From an uncultured Acidimicrobiia bacterium (lineage in GTDB: Bacteria > Actinomycetota > Acidimicrobiia > IMCC26256 > PALSA-555): 64,000 nucleotides of DNA. Below the pieces are notes generated by a model, which saw nothing but the letters and a program-made list of their open reading frames with translations, did no database searches and was not told where the DNA came from. Of this stretch, positions 30,965 to 42,137 are shown piece after piece (positions within the stretch are counted from its first letter, which is position 1; each line of letters opens with the position of its first letter). The position numbers and the translations under genes are program-made. The stretch covers positions 741,603 through 805,602 of the forward strand of contig CAVSWW010000011.1 in NCBI GenBank assembly GCA_963731815.1. The letters run 5' to 3'.

Positions 30965-31636
30965 TCAGGCTGCTTGCAGCAGGGCCGCGTCCGTGCTGGG
31001 TTCCCGCAAGCGTGACGTGAGCTCTCGCACGAGCCGGATCGCAAGGAAAGCGGCGACGACCGCGACGACTCCGCCGATGATCCCCAACGTGTCGAGTCGC
31101 TGCAGCTCGTCGATCGTCTCGACATCGCCCGGGCGGAAGCGAGTCAGCACCGCGCTCGTCACGAAGGCCGCCCACCACCAACCGACGAGTGCCGACCCCG
31201 GCCGCGCTCGCGAGCTGCCGTCCGTACGAGCCGCCCCCGATGTCGAGCGCCAGAGGTCCTGCATGACCAAGACCGGGATGACCAGATTCGCGAAGGGGAT
31301 CAACCATCCTCCGATCGCCCAGCCTGGTCCAAAGCGCGGAGCGCCATGTGCAAGCAGCTCGGCGTTCTTCGCGCAGCGCCATTCCCAGATGATGAAGACG
31401 ATGCCGCACGCCAGGAGCACGGCAGTCAACGCGACTCCGGCCGCTTCAACGGCGCCATCGACAGCATCTGCATCGCGAACCATCGCCGCGGTGGACTCGA
31501 AGTTCCCGTTCTCGACGTCGCTGGCGAACGTCGTGCGGTTGATCAACGTGCCGACCAGGGCGAGCGAAGCGGCTGCCGCGCACGCCAAGAGGACGACGAC
31601 TGCCGTCGAGATTCGATCAAGTGGTCGCCACCGCAT
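30965..31636 (-). CDS. DUF4328 membrane protein
   Basis: FIIW.WR...NA, PGWAIGGWLIPFANL, DLW, WWWAAF. Confidence 0.75.
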   Translation of the reverse strand: MRWRPLDRISTAVVVLLACAAAASLALVGTLINRTTFASDVENGNFESTAAMVRDADAVDGAVEAAGVALTAVLLACGIVFIIWEWRCAKNAELLAHGAPRFGPGWAIGGWLIPFANLVIPVLVMQDLWRSTSGAARTDGSSRARPGSALVGWWWAAFVTSAVLTRFRPGDVETIDELQRLDTLGIIGGVVAVVAAFLAIRLVRELTSRLREPSTDAALLQAA

Positions 31637-31677
31637 TGTGGTGCTCCTTTCCTTTGGCTCGTTGGACGACGTGTCAG

Positions 31678-32645
31678 CTAGCGCCGGCACGTCGCGCTCT
31701 TGCTCACCAGGTCGACGGTCGCCGCATACGCAGCCTCTCCGGCCGCGGTCTCCTCGGGTGAGCCGGCGGGGGTCACGTTGAAGGCGTCCTCGGCGGCCAG
31801 CACGCCTTGTGCCGACTCGAGGAAGGTCCGGCAGGAAACTGACACGACGCCGGCGACCGCACACGCACCCATCGCAGGACGCAGCTGGACGATCCGCTGG
31901 TAGAACTCGTCGTCGGCTGCCGTCTCCTCCGGCGAGCCGATCGGGCTGCCTGGTATCGGTTCTCGGCGTCGACCACGAGCTGCGTCGCGTCCAGCGCCGC
32001 GCTGCAGGCCGGATCGATCGTCGACGCCAGATGGGCGTCAACCGCGTGGCATGACGCTGCGATCGGTGTCGTCAGCGCCGCGATCGGCCGGAGATCTTCG
32101 ATGGGGTCGACGCCCACGACGTCGAGATCCGCGCGCAGCTTCGTGTCGATCGCCTGCACGGCGGCGACGACCTGTGTTCCGTCTCGAAGGTCGACCGCGG
32201 CGAGCGATCGGGCAGCCTCGGCGTAAGCGCCGCGGTACTGATCGATCGTGTCGCCGTATCGAGCCGCGAGACCCCGCCCGCCCTCGATCTTCGGCGCGCC
32301 CGCAGACTTCACGTCCTCGACGAACCTCTTGCCCGCCTCGAGTCCCTGGGAGTAGGCCTGCGCAAGCTGCCGTCCCGCCTGTCGCGCAGTCAGCTCATCG
32401 GCCGCGGCGCGTGCGAGCACCTTTTCGACGCGCCCCTCGAGCCCCGCTCTGGCGTCGATCCAGGTCGCCACATCGCTACACACCGACCGCGTCCAGCGGT
32501 CGGGGCTTGCGGCGCCGCCCCGGTCCGCCGGCACGCCACTCGACGCGGTTGCGGACCCAACGAACGACAACGCGGTGAACGTCGTCATTGCAATGACGAC
32601 AGATGCGACGGCGACGCGCCGGATGCGACGGCTTCGATTCATCAT
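31678..32645 (-). CDS. Secreted helical hypothetical protein; frameshift(s) near 31920-31950
   Basis: Signal peptide; W..SVC; plausible tail ACAVAGVVSVSC..SKSATCRR* in another frame. Confidence 0.5.
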
Positions 32646-32684
32646 TCCTGCCTCCGAATGCTCGGTCTCGATGCGAACGTATGG

Positions 32685-32705
32685 ATCGCCGTCGACGACG
32701 GCGAT
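32685..32705. promoter_or_regulatory. Perfect palindrome in divergent intergenic region (candidate operator)
   Basis: ATCGCCGTCG-A-CGACGGCGAT. Confidence 0.4.
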
Positions 32706-32781
32706 AGCCCGGAGGACACGATTTGCTTACCCGTGCACGGCGTCAGCGCGAAGAGGCGGGTCCGCGTCTAGCGTCGGTCGC

Positions 32782-33453
32782 GTGTCAGAGCAGAAGACGC
32801 TCGCGATCGTCGGCGCGGGGCCGGGGCTCGGTGCCGCACTCGCCCGTCGGTTCGCACGCGAAGGCTGGTCCATCGCGCTCGTGGCGCTGAAGCAGGAGGT
32901 GATCGACGCATGCTTGGCCGAGCTCGAGCCGTTCGACGTGCGCACGGTCGGCGCCCTGGCCGACGTCGCCGACCGTGATGCCGTCGAGGCCGCGTTCGGT
33001 TCGATCGTCGACTCGCTCGGGGTGCCCGACGTCGTCGTCTACAACGCGTCGATCTACCAGGCCGAGGCGGCCCTCGAGCTGCCGCTGAAGGCGCTGCGGC
33101 TCGCGCTCGACATCCACGTCGTCGGCGCGCTGAACGCGTCCCAGGCCGCGATCGCCGCGATGCGCGGGGCGGACGCCGGCGTGCTCATCTTCACCGTCAA
33201 CAACCTGGCGCTGGCCCCCGAGGCGATGTCCGCCGCGCTGAGCATCGGCAAGGGAGCGCAGCTGAACCTCGCACTGAGCCTCGATCGCGAGCTCGAGGAC
33301 ACGCCGATGAACGTCGGGGTCGTGACGATCTGCGGCCCGATCAAGGCCGGCACGGCCTACGACCCCGACCGCCTCGCCGACGTGTACTGGGAGCTCGCCA
33401 CCCAGGACCCGGCGCACTTCGAGCGCGACCGCCTCGTCCGGGCGTCCGACTGA
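32782..33453 (+). CDS. Atypical short-chain dehydrogenase/reductase
   Basis: IVGAGPGLG, ADVAD, VYNA, LSIGK (catalytic Tyr absent). Confidence 0.8.
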   Translation: MSEQKTLAIVGAGPGLGAALARRFAREGWSIALVALKQEVIDACLAELEPFDVRTVGALADVADRDAVEAAFGSIVDSLGVPDVVVYNASIYQAEAALELPLKALRLALDIHVVGALNASQAAIAAMRGADAGVLIFTVNNLALAPEAMSAALSIGKGAQLNLALSLDRELEDTPMNVGVVTICGPIKAGTAYDPDRLADVYWELATQDPAHFERDRLVRASD

Positions 33454-33508
33454 CCCTCGCACCGGACAGACGGTCAGGCGTCGGGGAGGTCCTCGCAGTA
33501 GTACATCC

Positions 33509-33787
33509 GTGTCGAGCGGCGCACGAACGCCGGACAATCTCGTCGCGCCGAGGTTCTTCCAGGTGTGTCTCGACGACTACGTCCGAGCTGTGTCGGCACG
33601 TGACTGGCAGAGCGCGAGAGCTGCATACCGCGGCATGCAGCACTTCGGCCGGCAGCGGCGGTATCCACCGGGATGGCGTCTGACGGTGATCCGCAACCCG
33701 CGCGCCTTCCGCGTGATGCTGAAAGTGCACGACCGTCTGCCGCGCCCGTTCCGCGTCACGAAGAACCCGGTCCTGCGCCCGAACTAG
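33509..33787 (+). CDS. Small basic hypothetical protein
   Basis: 92-aa ORF filling an otherwise empty gap; mostly GC3-rich; no family recognised. Confidence 0.35.
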   Translation: MSSGARTPDNLVAPRFFQVCLDDYVRAVSARDWQSARAAYRGMQHFGRQRRYPPGWRLTVIRNPRAFRVMLKVHDRLPRPFRVTKNPVLRPN

Positions 33788-34190
33788 CGGAACGCGCTTT
33801 CTTCGGCTGCTCACCGAAGTGGTCTTGCAGCCGTTCCAGCTCTTCCTCGCCCGCTTCCTCGATGCGAACCATGGCGTCGGACGCTGGATCGAGCGCGCTG
33901 AGCAGCTCGTCCAGCTTGAGCTCGATCGCGTTCGACTCGTGGTTCTGCGTGTGCTGGATCACCGCGAGCAGCAGCAGTGTCAGGGACGGCAAGCCGATCG
34001 TGATCGCGAGCTCCCACCATCGTGGAAAGTCCCAGGCGGCGCCGACGGCGAGCCACACGGCGAGGAAGCTGCCGAGGACAAGCACCCACTGCGGCGAACC
34101 GAGCCAGCTGGTGAGGCGGCGCGAGGTTCGGGCGAACGGGGCCGGGTTCCGCGTGATGAGTTCCGCTTCATGGCGCGTCGTCTCTTCCAT
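33756..34190 (-). CDS. Low-affinity iron permease (Fet4-like) family protein
   Basis: GSP..F..W..G, IQHTQN.E..AIELKLDELL, IEE. Confidence 0.8.
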   Translation of the reverse strand: MEETTRHEAELITRNPAPFARTSRRLTSWLGSPQWVLVLGSFLAVWLAVGAAWDFPRWWELAITIGLPSLTLLLLAVIQHTQNHESNAIELKLDELLSALDPASDAMVRIEEAGEEELERLQDHFGEQPKKARSASSGAGPGSS

Positions 34191-34283
34191 GGGAGGGCCT
34201 TACCCATCAGAGGTGGGACGAGAACTGCGCATTCGGTGGCGATGAGTCACATTTCGCCGCGTCGGCACCCTTAGTCTGATCTC

Positions 34284-34625
34284 GTGGCGACAGCGTCGTC
34301 CGAGAGCACCGTCGGGAGCCCAAACGCGCGGGAGGATGCGCCCGGGCCACCGGAAGCCGCGCAGCTGCTCCGCGCCGCTGGATTCGTGAAAGGTCCGGAC
34401 GGTGCGTGGGACCTGCCGGGAGAGGCCGAAGACGAGGCGTCGGCGATGAGCGCCACAGTCGACCTGGATCGCCCGATGCCGACGCACACCATCCTCGTCA
34501 AGGTGAGCGACGGTGTCGCCCAGGTGAGCGTGTCGCCCGACGTCGAAGCCGAGGTCCTGCTGGCTCTGCACCCCGAGCTCGCCGAGATCATCGAGGAGGT
34601 CATCGACGAATCGGCCCGTGAATGA
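34284..34625 (+). CDS. Hypothetical acidic protein
   Basis: 113-aa GC3-rich ORF. Confidence 0.45.
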   Translation: MATASSESTVGSPNAREDAPGPPEAAQLLRAAGFVKGPDGAWDLPGEAEDEASAMSATVDLDRPMPTHTILVKVSDGVAQVSVSPDVEAEVLLALHPELAEIIEEVIDESARE

Positions 34626-34723
34626 GCCCGCACCCGACTGACCCGATCGGCCTAGGGTGCGGCGGCGCGAAGGACGAGAAGCGGCTCAAGGTGACGGATG
34701 TGAAGAACCAGGACTAGCCCACG

Positions 34724-35506
34724 GTGCGGGCGCCAGACCTCGATGCCAACGTCGATGCCCACGAGCGGGCGTCGTCGCGCTTCGCCGAGCTCGTGCGAAC
34801 CCTGCCCCCGGAGCCGCGACCCGTCATCGGCTCGGACTGGTCGACCGTCGAGGTCGGCGCGCACGTGCTGTCGGTCTTCCGCGGCTACACCCGCGCGGCG
34901 GCCGGGGGCGCGCCGGTCTGGCCGAGCCTGGACGGTGTCACCGGCAACCAGCGGCTGCTCGACGAGACGCCTGAGCGCGACCCGCACGAGCTGGCCGACG
35001 CGATCGAGGTCGCCGGTGCGGACATGCGCGCGGCCCTGCGCGACTCGGACGCACCGATCACCGTGTTCGGTGACGTCGCGCTCAGCGGCACGGCGATCCT
35101 CGGCCTCAACACCGCCGACGTGCTGCTGCACGGCTTCGATCTCGCTCGCACCATCGGGTCCGCGTGGCCCATCGACCAGCGCGACGCGGTGCTCGGGTTC
35201 GAGGGTCTCGTCGATGCCCTCCCGTTCTTCGTCAAGCCCGAGAGCGCCGGGTTCTCCGCGACGTACGGCCTGCGTTTGCGACCAAGCTCGGACTGGTCGC
35301 TCACCTTCGACCGCGGCACGCTGCGCATCGAGCCCGGCCGGCCCGCGCACGCCGACTGTCGCATCTCGGCGACGCCCGTCGGCTGGATGCTCGCCGGCTA
35401 CGGACGCATCTCGCCCGCGCGGGCGCTGGTCACGGGCCAGGTCGTGGCCTACGGCCGGAAGCCGTGGCTGGCACCCCGGTTCGCGCAGCAGTTCGATCCG
35501 CCGTAG
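34724..35506 (+). CDS. MDMPI/DinB-like (mycothiol-dependent isomerase family) protein with SCP2-like C-terminus
   Basis: WSTVEVGAHV, DVLLHGFDL, ADCRIS..GRKPW. Confidence 0.7.
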   Translation: MRAPDLDANVDAHERASSRFAELVRTLPPEPRPVIGSDWSTVEVGAHVLSVFRGYTRAAAGGAPVWPSLDGVTGNQRLLDETPERDPHELADAIEVAGADMRAALRDSDAPITVFGDVALSGTAILGLNTADVLLHGFDLARTIGSAWPIDQRDAVLGFEGLVDALPFFVKPESAGFSATYGLRLRPSSDWSLTFDRGTLRIEPGRPAHADCRISATPVGWMLAGYGRISPARALVTGQVVAYGRKPWLAPRFAQQFDPP

Positions 35507-35572
35507 GGACGTGCCTCGGCGGTGACGCCCGTCGTGCCGATCGACCGCCGGATTCCGTGGCCGCACGGCGCT

Positions 35573-35620
35573 TCAGCCGTGGAATCCACGGCTGACACGC
35601 AGGATCGGGACGGGTATCGT
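35573..35620 (+). promoter_or_regulatory. Promoter (CTGACA-17-TATCGT) overlapped by a perfect 23-bp operator-like palindrome
   Basis: TCAGCCGTGGA-A-TCCACGGCTGA 35573-35595; -35 35592-97; -10 35615-20. Confidence 0.55.
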
Positions 35621-35659
35621 GCCGCCGCAAACATCCGGTGAACGGAGGGGGGCCTGCCG

Positions 35660-36826
35660 GTGGACACGACGGTCGCGACGACCGTCCCCGAGACGGGGGT
35701 CGACGCCGACACGGGCGCTGGGACCGACGACTGGGCCGTGCGTCTCGCTGGTGTCACGAAGCGCTTCGGGAACGTCGTGGCCGTCGACGACCTCGACCTC
35801 ACGGTGCGCGAAGGCGAGTTCTTCTCGCTGCTCGGGCCGTCCGGCTCGGGCAAGACCACGTGCCTGCGCCTCATCGCCGGCTTCGAGCGGCCGAACGCCG
35901 GGACCGTCTTTCTCCACGGGACGGACGTGACGCGTTGCCCGCCCTACGACCGCGACGTGAACACCGTCTTCCAGGACTACGCGCTCTTCCCGCACATGGA
36001 CGTGCGCGACAACGTCGCCTACGGCTTGATGGTCAAGCGCGTCGGCAAGGCCGAGCGCACGAAGCGGGTCGACGAGGCGCTCGCGATGGTCCACCTCGAC
36101 CAGCACGGGGACCGGCGGCCCAACCAGCTCTCCGGTGGGCAGCGCCAGCGGGTCGCGCTCGCGCGGGCGCTCGTGAATCGCCCGGAGGTGCTGCTGCTCG
36201 ACGAGCCGCTCGGTGCGTTGGACCTCAAGCTGCGCCAGGCCATGCAGCTCGAGCTCAAGTCGATCCAACGCGAGGTCGGCATCACGTTCCTGTACGTCAC
36301 CCACGACCAGGAGGAGGCGCTCACGATGAGCGACCGCCTGGCGGTGTTCAACGAAGGCCGCATCGCGCAGATCGGCACGCCCGCGGAGGTGTACGAGAGC
36401 CCACTCACGTCGTTCGTCGCCGGCTTCGTCGGCGTGTCCAACATCCTGCGCGGTGATCTCGCGACCCGCAGCGGGAGCGACGGTGGGCACCCGCGCACGC
36501 TGCGTCCGGAGCGCATCCGCATCGCCGCACCCGATGCGCCCACGGCTGCCGACGAGGTCGCCGTGGACGGTGTCGTGCGCGACGCGGTGTTCCTGGGCGC
36601 GCAGACGCGCTACCTCGTCGACGTCGGTGACGGCGTCGACCTCGCGGTCGTGGTGCAGAACCTCGAGACGTCATCGATCGAAGCGTTGGCCGCCAAGGGC
36701 CGTCGGGTCCGGCTGGCCTGGAAGGCGGCGGCCACCCGGCCGCTCAGCCTCGAGATGGAAGCGCTGGAGATGAAAGAGGAAGAGACGGGGGCCGACGGTC
36801 CCACCGACCAAGGGGGGAACGAGTGA
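35660..36826 (+). CDS. Polyamine-type ABC transporter ATP-binding protein (PotA/YdcT-like)
   Basis: [40 protein letters not shown] tail. Confidence 0.9.
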   Translation: MDTTVATTVPETGVDADTGAGTDDWAVRLAGVTKRFGNVVAVDDLDLTVREGEFFSLLGPSGSGKTTCLRLIAGFERPNAGTVFLHGTDVTRCPPYDRDVNTVFQDYALFPHMDVRDNVAYGLMVKRVGKAERTKRVDEALAMVHLDQHGDRRPNQLSGGQRQRVALARALVNRPEVLLLDEPLGALDLKLRQAMQLELKSIQREVGITFLYVTHDQEEALTMSDRLAVFNEGRIAQIGTPAEVYESPLTSFVAGFVGVSNILRGDLATRSGSDGGHPRTLRPERIRIAAPDAPTAADEVAVDGVVRDAVFLGAQTRYLVDVGDGVDLAVVVQNLETSSIEALAAKGRRVRLAWKAAATRPLSLEMEALEMKEEETGADGPTDQGGNE

Positions 36827-37980
36827 GACGAACACGAAGGTTCGTCGCGCTCCTGGGTGCCGTGATGGTGACCCTGGGCGCGACTGCGAGCATCGCCGCC
36901 GCCGGCGGCGACAACGAGGGCGAGGTTGTGATCGTCGCGTGGCCCGGCTACATCGAGGACGGGTCGACCGACGAGGCCTACGACTGGGTGACCAAGTTCG
37001 AGAAGGACACCGGTTGTGAGGTCACGGTCAAGACGGCTGGCACGTCCGACGAGATGGTGTCGCTCATGACGACCAGTCCGGGCGACTACGACCTGGTGAC
37101 CGCATCGGGTGACGCCAGCAATCGGCTCATCGCGGGCAACACCGTGAAGCCGATCAACGTCAGCTCGATCAAGAACTACAACAAGATCGACGAGCGGCTC
37201 CAGGACGCGCCGTGGCACACCGTGAAGGGCAAGCACTACGGCGTGCCCTACCAGTGGGGCGGCAACGTCTTGATGTACAACACCAGCGTCTTCCCGACGC
37301 CGCCCGAGAGCTGGGGCGTGGTGTTCGAGGAGCAGAACCTGCCCGACGGCCAGACCAACAACGGCCGGGTGCAGGCCTACGACGGTGCGATCTACATCGC
37401 CGACGCCGCGCTCTACCTGAAGGCGACGCAGCCCGACCTGGGCATCGAGGACCCGTACGAGCTGAACGAGGAGCAGTTCGAGGCCGCCCTCGATCTCTTG
37501 CGCCAGCAGCGTGACCTGGTCGGTCGTTACTGGCACGACGCGACCATCCAGATCGAGGACTTCACCAACGAGGGGTACGTGGCCAGCGGCTCGTGGCCCT
37601 TCCAGGTGAACCTCCTCAACGCCGAGGAGCAGCCGATCGCGAGCACCGTCCCCCAGGAAGGTGCGACCGGTTGGGCCGACACGACGATGATGGCCACCGA
37701 AGCTCCGCATCCGAAGTGCGCCAGGCTCTGGATGGAGCACTCCATCACGCCGAAGTTGCAAGGTGACCTCGCCGCGTGGTTCGGTTCGGTCCCGGCCGTG
37801 CCGACCGCGTGCGAGGGCAACGAGCTCCTCGGTCCCGATGGCTGCACGACCAACGGCATCGACAACTTCGACCAGATCGAGTTCTGGCGGACGCCGGTGG
37901 CCGACTGCGGTCAGCAAGAGGAGTGCGTGCCGTACCACGAGTGGGTGACCGCGTACACGGCGGTGATCGGCGGCCGGTAG
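36823..37980 (+). CDS. Polyamine-type ABC substrate-binding protein (YdcS/PotD-like)
   Basis: Signal peptide; [34 protein letters not shown]. Confidence 0.88.
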   Translation: MRRTRRFVALLGAVMVTLGATASIAAAGGDNEGEVVIVAWPGYIEDGSTDEAYDWVTKFEKDTGCEVTVKTAGTSDEMVSLMTTSPGDYDLVTASGDASNRLIAGNTVKPINVSSIKNYNKIDERLQDAPWHTVKGKHYGVPYQWGGNVLMYNTSVFPTPPESWGVVFEEQNLPDGQTNNGRVQAYDGAIYIADAALYLKATQPDLGIEDPYELNEEQFEAALDLLRQQRDLVGRYWHDATIQIEDFTNEGYVASGSWPFQVNLLNAEEQPIASTVPQEGATGWADTTMMATEAPHPKCARLWMEHSITPKLQGDLAAWFGSVPAVPTACEGNELLGPDGCTTNGIDNFDQIEFWRTPVADCGQQEECVPYHEWVTAYTAVIGGR

Positions 37981-38004
37981 GCCGACCCACTCGTACGGAC
38001 CGAG

Positions 38005-38970
38005 GTGACCACCACCTCGATCGAACGTTCCGGCTCGGGACGCCCCCCGGTGGGGCGCCCCGGGTTCGGTCGTCGCGTCTCCGCGTTCTTCTGGCGGCAC
38101 CCCTGGCTCAAGGTCGTGCTGCTGCTGCTCCCGCCGATCATCTGGCTCGGCGTCGTCTACCTCGGGTCGCTGATCGGGCTGCTGACGCAGAGCTTCTACA
38201 CGCTCGACGACTTCAGCGGCACGGTGATCCGCGACTTCACGTTCGACACCTGGGATTCGCTCGACAGCAGCGCCAACTGGAACATCGTCGGACGGACGGT
38301 CGTGAACGCGGCGACCGTGACGGTGATCTCGGCCGTCATCGCGTTCCCGATCGCGTACTACATGGCGCACTACGCCAAGTCGTTCATCAAGACCGTGCTG
38401 TTCATCGCGGTGCTCATCCCGCTCTGGTCGAGCTACCTCGTGCGCGTCTACGCGTGGAAGCTCATCCTCGCCCAGAAGGGCGTCTTCAACTGGTTCACCG
38501 ACGGCCTCGGCCTCGGATGGGCGGTCGACGGCGTCCTCGACATCCCCGAGTGGGGCGGGACGAGCCTGTCGGTCTCGCGGATCGGCCAGATCATCGTGTT
38601 CACCTACATCTGGCTGCCGTTCATGATCCTGCCGATCGAGGCGTCGCTCGAGCGCGTCCCCGGCTCGTTGGTCGAGGCGTCGCGTGACCTCGGTGCGCGC
38701 CCGGCGACCACGTTCCGGAAGGTCATCTGGCCGCTCGCGGTGCCCGGCGTCGTCGCCGGCTCGATCTTCACGTTCTCGTTGACGCTCGGCGACTACATCA
38801 TCCCGCAGCTCATCGGCGACTCCCGCCCGTCGATCGGCTCGGCGATCTACACGTACCAGGGCGCATCGGGGAACCTCCCGCTCGCGGCCGCGTTCACGGT
38901 GGTGCCCATCGTCATCATGGGCATCTACCTGGTGATCGCCCGCCGGCTCGGCGCGTTCGAGGCGATGTGA
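38005..38970 (+). CDS. ABC permease (PotB/YdcU-like)
   Basis: [21 protein letters not shown] (EAA loop), LTLGDY. Confidence 0.88.
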   Translation: MTTTSIERSGSGRPPVGRPGFGRRVSAFFWRHPWLKVVLLLLPPIIWLGVVYLGSLIGLLTQSFYTLDDFSGTVIRDFTFDTWDSLDSSANWNIVGRTVVNAATVTVISAVIAFPIAYYMAHYAKSFIKTVLFIAVLIPLWSSYLVRVYAWKLILAQKGVFNWFTDGLGLGWAVDGVLDIPEWGGTSLSVSRIGQIIVFTYIWLPFMILPIEASLERVPGSLVEASRDLGARPATTFRKVIWPLAVPGVVAGSIFTFSLTLGDYIIPQLIGDSRPSIGSAIYTYQGASGNLPLAAAFTVVPIVIMGIYLVIARRLGAFEAM

Positions 38971-39788
38971 CGGCCCGGCTGCGTGGCCTCCGTGAGCATC
39001 AGGTCGGATTGAAGGCGGCGACGGTCGCCGTCGTGATGTTCCTCCACTTCCCGATCCTCATCATCTTCCTGTACGCGTTCGACGAGGAGACCGCCGGGTT
39101 CCAGTTCCCGCCCCCGGGGCTCACGACGCGCTGGTTCGGCGTCGCTTGGGACGACCCGACCCTGCGCGACGCGCTCTGGTTGTCGGTGCGCACGGCGTTG
39201 GCCGCGACGATCCTCGCGCTCCTGCTCGGCACGCTGGCGGCGGCGGCGATCTCACGGGCGAAGTTCTTCGGTCGCGAGTCGGTGTCGTTCCTCATCATCC
39301 TCCCGCTCGCACTCCCGGGCATCATCACCGGCATCGCGCTCCGGTCGTCGTTCAGCCTCGCGGGCGTCGATCTCAGCTACTGGACGATCGTGGTGAGTCA
39401 CGCCACCTTCTGCGTGGTCGTCGTCTACAACAACGTCATCGCGCGCCTGCGCCGAACCTCCGGCTCGATCGTCGAGGCGTCGATGGACCTCGGCGCGTCC
39501 GGGTTCCAGACGTTCCGGCACGTGATCCTGCCGAACATCCGCTCCGCGCTCCTCGCGGGCGGGATGCTCGCCTTCGCGCTCTCGTTCGACGAGATCATCG
39601 TGACGCTGTTCACCGCGGGCACCGAGCAGACGCTGCCGATCTGGATCTTCGACAGCCTGTTCCGGCCCCGTGATCGGCCGAAGACGAACGTCGTGGCGAT
39701 GGTCGTCGTGCTGATCACGTTCCTCCCGATCCTCGCCGCGCAGCGCCTGACACGGGACACCGGCGCGCCTCGCCCCGCGGGGGCCTGA
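38967..39788 (+). CDS. ABC permease (PotC/YdcV-like)
   Basis: [19 protein letters not shown]. Confidence 0.88.
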   Translation: MTARLRGLREHQVGLKAATVAVVMFLHFPILIIFLYAFDEETAGFQFPPPGLTTRWFGVAWDDPTLRDALWLSVRTALAATILALLLGTLAAAAISRAKFFGRESVSFLIILPLALPGIITGIALRSSFSLAGVDLSYWTIVVSHATFCVVVVYNNVIARLRRTSGSIVEASMDLGASGFQTFRHVILPNIRSALLAGGMLAFALSFDEIIVTLFTAGTEQTLPIWIFDSLFRPRDRPKTNVVAMVVVLITFLPILAAQRLTRDTGAPRPAGA

Positions 39789-39818
39789 TCAGATGCGCGC
39801 GATGAGGCCAGCGTGTCG

Positions 39819-40424
39819 TCACGAAAGCGGCGGTTCGACCCACGTCACGCGCCACCAGTCCCGTGACGCCGCCGGCCGCTCGAGCGTGTCGGGATCGCGC
39901 AGCATCTCGTCGCGCCGAAGGCCGGGCACGACGACGGCGTGGATCGAGCTCCGGTCGCAGACGAGGGTGAGCGGCCACCACAGCGCGCGCACGTACGCGA
40001 CTGCTCGTGCAGAGCCGTCCCACTCGTAGACACCCCGGTATGCGCCGTGCTCGTCGTGCGCGAGCCAGAGCTTCGAGACGAAGCCGGGGAACCCGACGAA
40101 CAATGGCGTGTTGAGGAGGCTTTCGGCGCGGAACCATGCGTGGCCCCATCCGTTGACCCATCGCAGCCGGAACTCGACGACGAGCGCGACGGGCTCTGCC
40201 GTCGGTTCGCGTCGTACCACGGTCTCCCGGTACACGCGTCCGGACGAACCGTCGGCGAAGTGCAGCATGCACCCGCGGTTCCCGGTCGGCAGCCGGGTGC
40301 GCCCGGTCGCGAGGAGCCAGACCGTCGTGAGCGCGCACTGGGCGAGCGCCCACATCGCGCGCCCGAAGCTGAGGGGCGGACTCTCCACCCCCGAGAGCTC
40401 GCACTTCCCGGTCGAGTCGTTCAT
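39819..40424 (-). CDS. Hypothetical protein, YdhR-like dimeric alpha/beta barrel
   Basis: PGFVSKLWL...YRGVYEW...A..Y. Confidence 0.55.
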   Translation of the reverse strand: MNDSTGKCELSGVESPPLSFGRAMWALAQCALTTVWLLATGRTRLPTGNRGCMLHFADGSSGRVYRETVVRREPTAEPVALVVEFRLRWVNGWGHAWFRAESLLNTPLFVGFPGFVSKLWLAHDEHGAYRGVYEWDGSARAVAYVRALWWPLTLVCDRSSIHAVVVPGLRRDEMLRDPDTLERPAASRDWWRVTWVEPPLS

Positions 40425-41599
40425 GGGATCGCTGCTCGCATCGCGACGTCACGCGCGTCACCGCTGAGCTCGGTGCCCATGCGGTTCGTGACGTATCCGT
40501 AGCCGATGCCGACCTCGGGATCTGCGTAGCCCATCGATCCGCCGGCGCCGGGGGCGCCGAACGCCGCCGCGTGCCCGAAGGGGAACGACTCGCTCGGCTT
40601 CATGAAGCCCAACGAGAACTTCGCCTCGCAGCGGAGGCACTCATCGAAGTAGCCGTGGCGCGAGGGCAGCGCCGGCGCCCGCAGCGCGTCGATCGTCTCG
40701 GCGCGCAGGCCGAGCTCCGTACCGCCGTTGGCGAACACGCCGTATGCCTTTGCGATCCCGTGCGCACTCCCGACGCCCGCGCCCGACGGAGCCTCGACGC
40801 CGCGCACGATGAACCCATCGGGATCGACGTAGAAGCCGGTGCCGGGATTCGCGACGAGTGATCGGTGGAGCACCGACCGTCGGGACAACGCAAGCAACGA
40901 GAGCCCCAACGGCAATCCCCGGAGCCGCGCCCAGACGCTGGGTGGCAGCAGCGGCGCGAGACGCTCATCGGGAATCGACTCCGGCGTGCCGATGTAGAAG
41001 TCGACGCCCAGCGGTTCGGCCAGCTCCTCGTGGAAGAACTGCCCGAGCCGGCGATGCCGCGGGTCGATGCGACGGAGGAGCTCGCTCTCGTAGAAGCCGA
41101 GGCTGATCGCGTGGTACGCCTGCCGGTCGCCCGGCTCCCAGGCCGGACGCTGCCGAGCCATGATCGCCGCGAGTCGATCAGGATCGGCGACGACGTCGCG
41201 ATCGACCTTCTCGTCGAACCCGAACAGCCCGGCCTGATGGGCGAGCAGCTGGCGGACGGTGATGTGCTCCTTGTCGGCCTGTGCGAACTCCGGCCAGTAC
41301 GTGCAGACGCGCTCGTCGTAGTCGAGCCAGCCGCGAGAGTGCGCGACCGCGAGGGTCATCGCCGCGAGGCCCTTGGTCGCGGAGTGGACGATGACCATGG
41401 TGTCGGCTCGCCACGGCTCGCCGCTCGAGGGATCGCGCACACCTCCCCAGAGGTCGACGACCTTCTCGCCGTACCGGTACACACAACACGCGGCACCCAG
41501 CTCACCCCGGCGTGTGAAGTTCTCGATGAACGTCTCGCGCACCGGCTCGAAGCCACTGCTGACCGAACCCTCGATCGAGAGATCCTCGATGCTGGTCAT
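40421..41599 (-). CDS. Serine hydrolase (class C beta-lactamase/esterase family)
   Basis: VVDLWGG, SATK (SxxK), LLAHQAGL, YH, GAPGAGGS. Confidence 0.88.
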   Translation of the reverse strand: MTSIEDLSIEGSVSSGFEPVRETFIENFTRRGELGAACCVYRYGEKVVDLWGGVRDPSSGEPWRADTMVIVHSATKGLAAMTLAVAHSRGWLDYDERVCTYWPEFAQADKEHITVRQLLAHQAGLFGFDEKVDRDVVADPDRLAAIMARQRPAWEPGDRQAYHAISLGFYESELLRRIDPRHRRLGQFFHEELAEPLGVDFYIGTPESIPDERLAPLLPPSVWARLRGLPLGLSLLALSRRSVLHRSLVANPGTGFYVDPDGFIVRGVEAPSGAGVGSAHGIAKAYGVFANGGTELGLRAETIDALRAPALPSRHGYFDECLRCEAKFSLGFMKPSESFPFGHAAAFGAPGAGGSMGYADPEVGIGYGYVTNRMGTELSGDARDVAMRAAIP

Positions 41600-41679
41600 C
41601 TCACCGCCCCTTCACGCTGCACTCGAGGTGCGCTTCGAGTATGAACGTGCACGGAGCCTTCGAACAGGGGAGGGATGCC

Positions 41680-42126
41680 ATGGGTGACGAGGCGCGGCTG
41701 CAGGTGCTCACGCACGACGAGTGCCTCGAGCTGTTGCGCACCGGTGGTGTGGGGCGAATCGCGTTCGACGTCGACGAGTTCCCGGTGATCCTCCCGCTGA
41801 ACTACCGCCTGGTCGAGACGTCTGGGCGAGTGTGGATCGCGCTGCGGACGCGACCCGGCAACGTCATCGCGAGCGCACCGAGCCACGTGGCGTTCCAGAC
41901 CGATGAGATCGACCCCGTGCGTCATGAGGGATGGTCAGTGTTGGCACGGGGCACCCTGCACGCCGTCGACCCGGACGCAGCGGACTTCCGCGAGCGATTC
42001 GACCCCCATCCGTGGATCGAAGCCGAACGCGACGCATGGCTGATCGTCGATCCGTTCGTGCTCACGGGACGGCGGCTCCACGGGGTGCGGCCCGAATGGG
42101 CGTTCACCGACGGCGCATACCTCTGA
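41680..42126 (+). CDS. Pyridoxamine 5'-phosphate oxidase-like protein
   Basis: ECLELL..VGRIAF..P.ILPLNY, VAFQTD, GWSV. Confidence 0.82.
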   Translation: MGDEARLQVLTHDECLELLRTGGVGRIAFDVDEFPVILPLNYRLVETSGRVWIALRTRPGNVIASAPSHVAFQTDEIDPVRHEGWSVLARGTLHAVDPDAADFRERFDPHPWIEAERDAWLIVDPFVLTGRRLHGVRPEWAFTDGAYL

Positions 42127-42137
42127 CGGTGAACGCG

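Noticed and set aside
40421-41599. Beta-lactam resistance gene
   Set aside because: Motifs fit the cytoplasmic esterase branch; no signal peptide and no KTG
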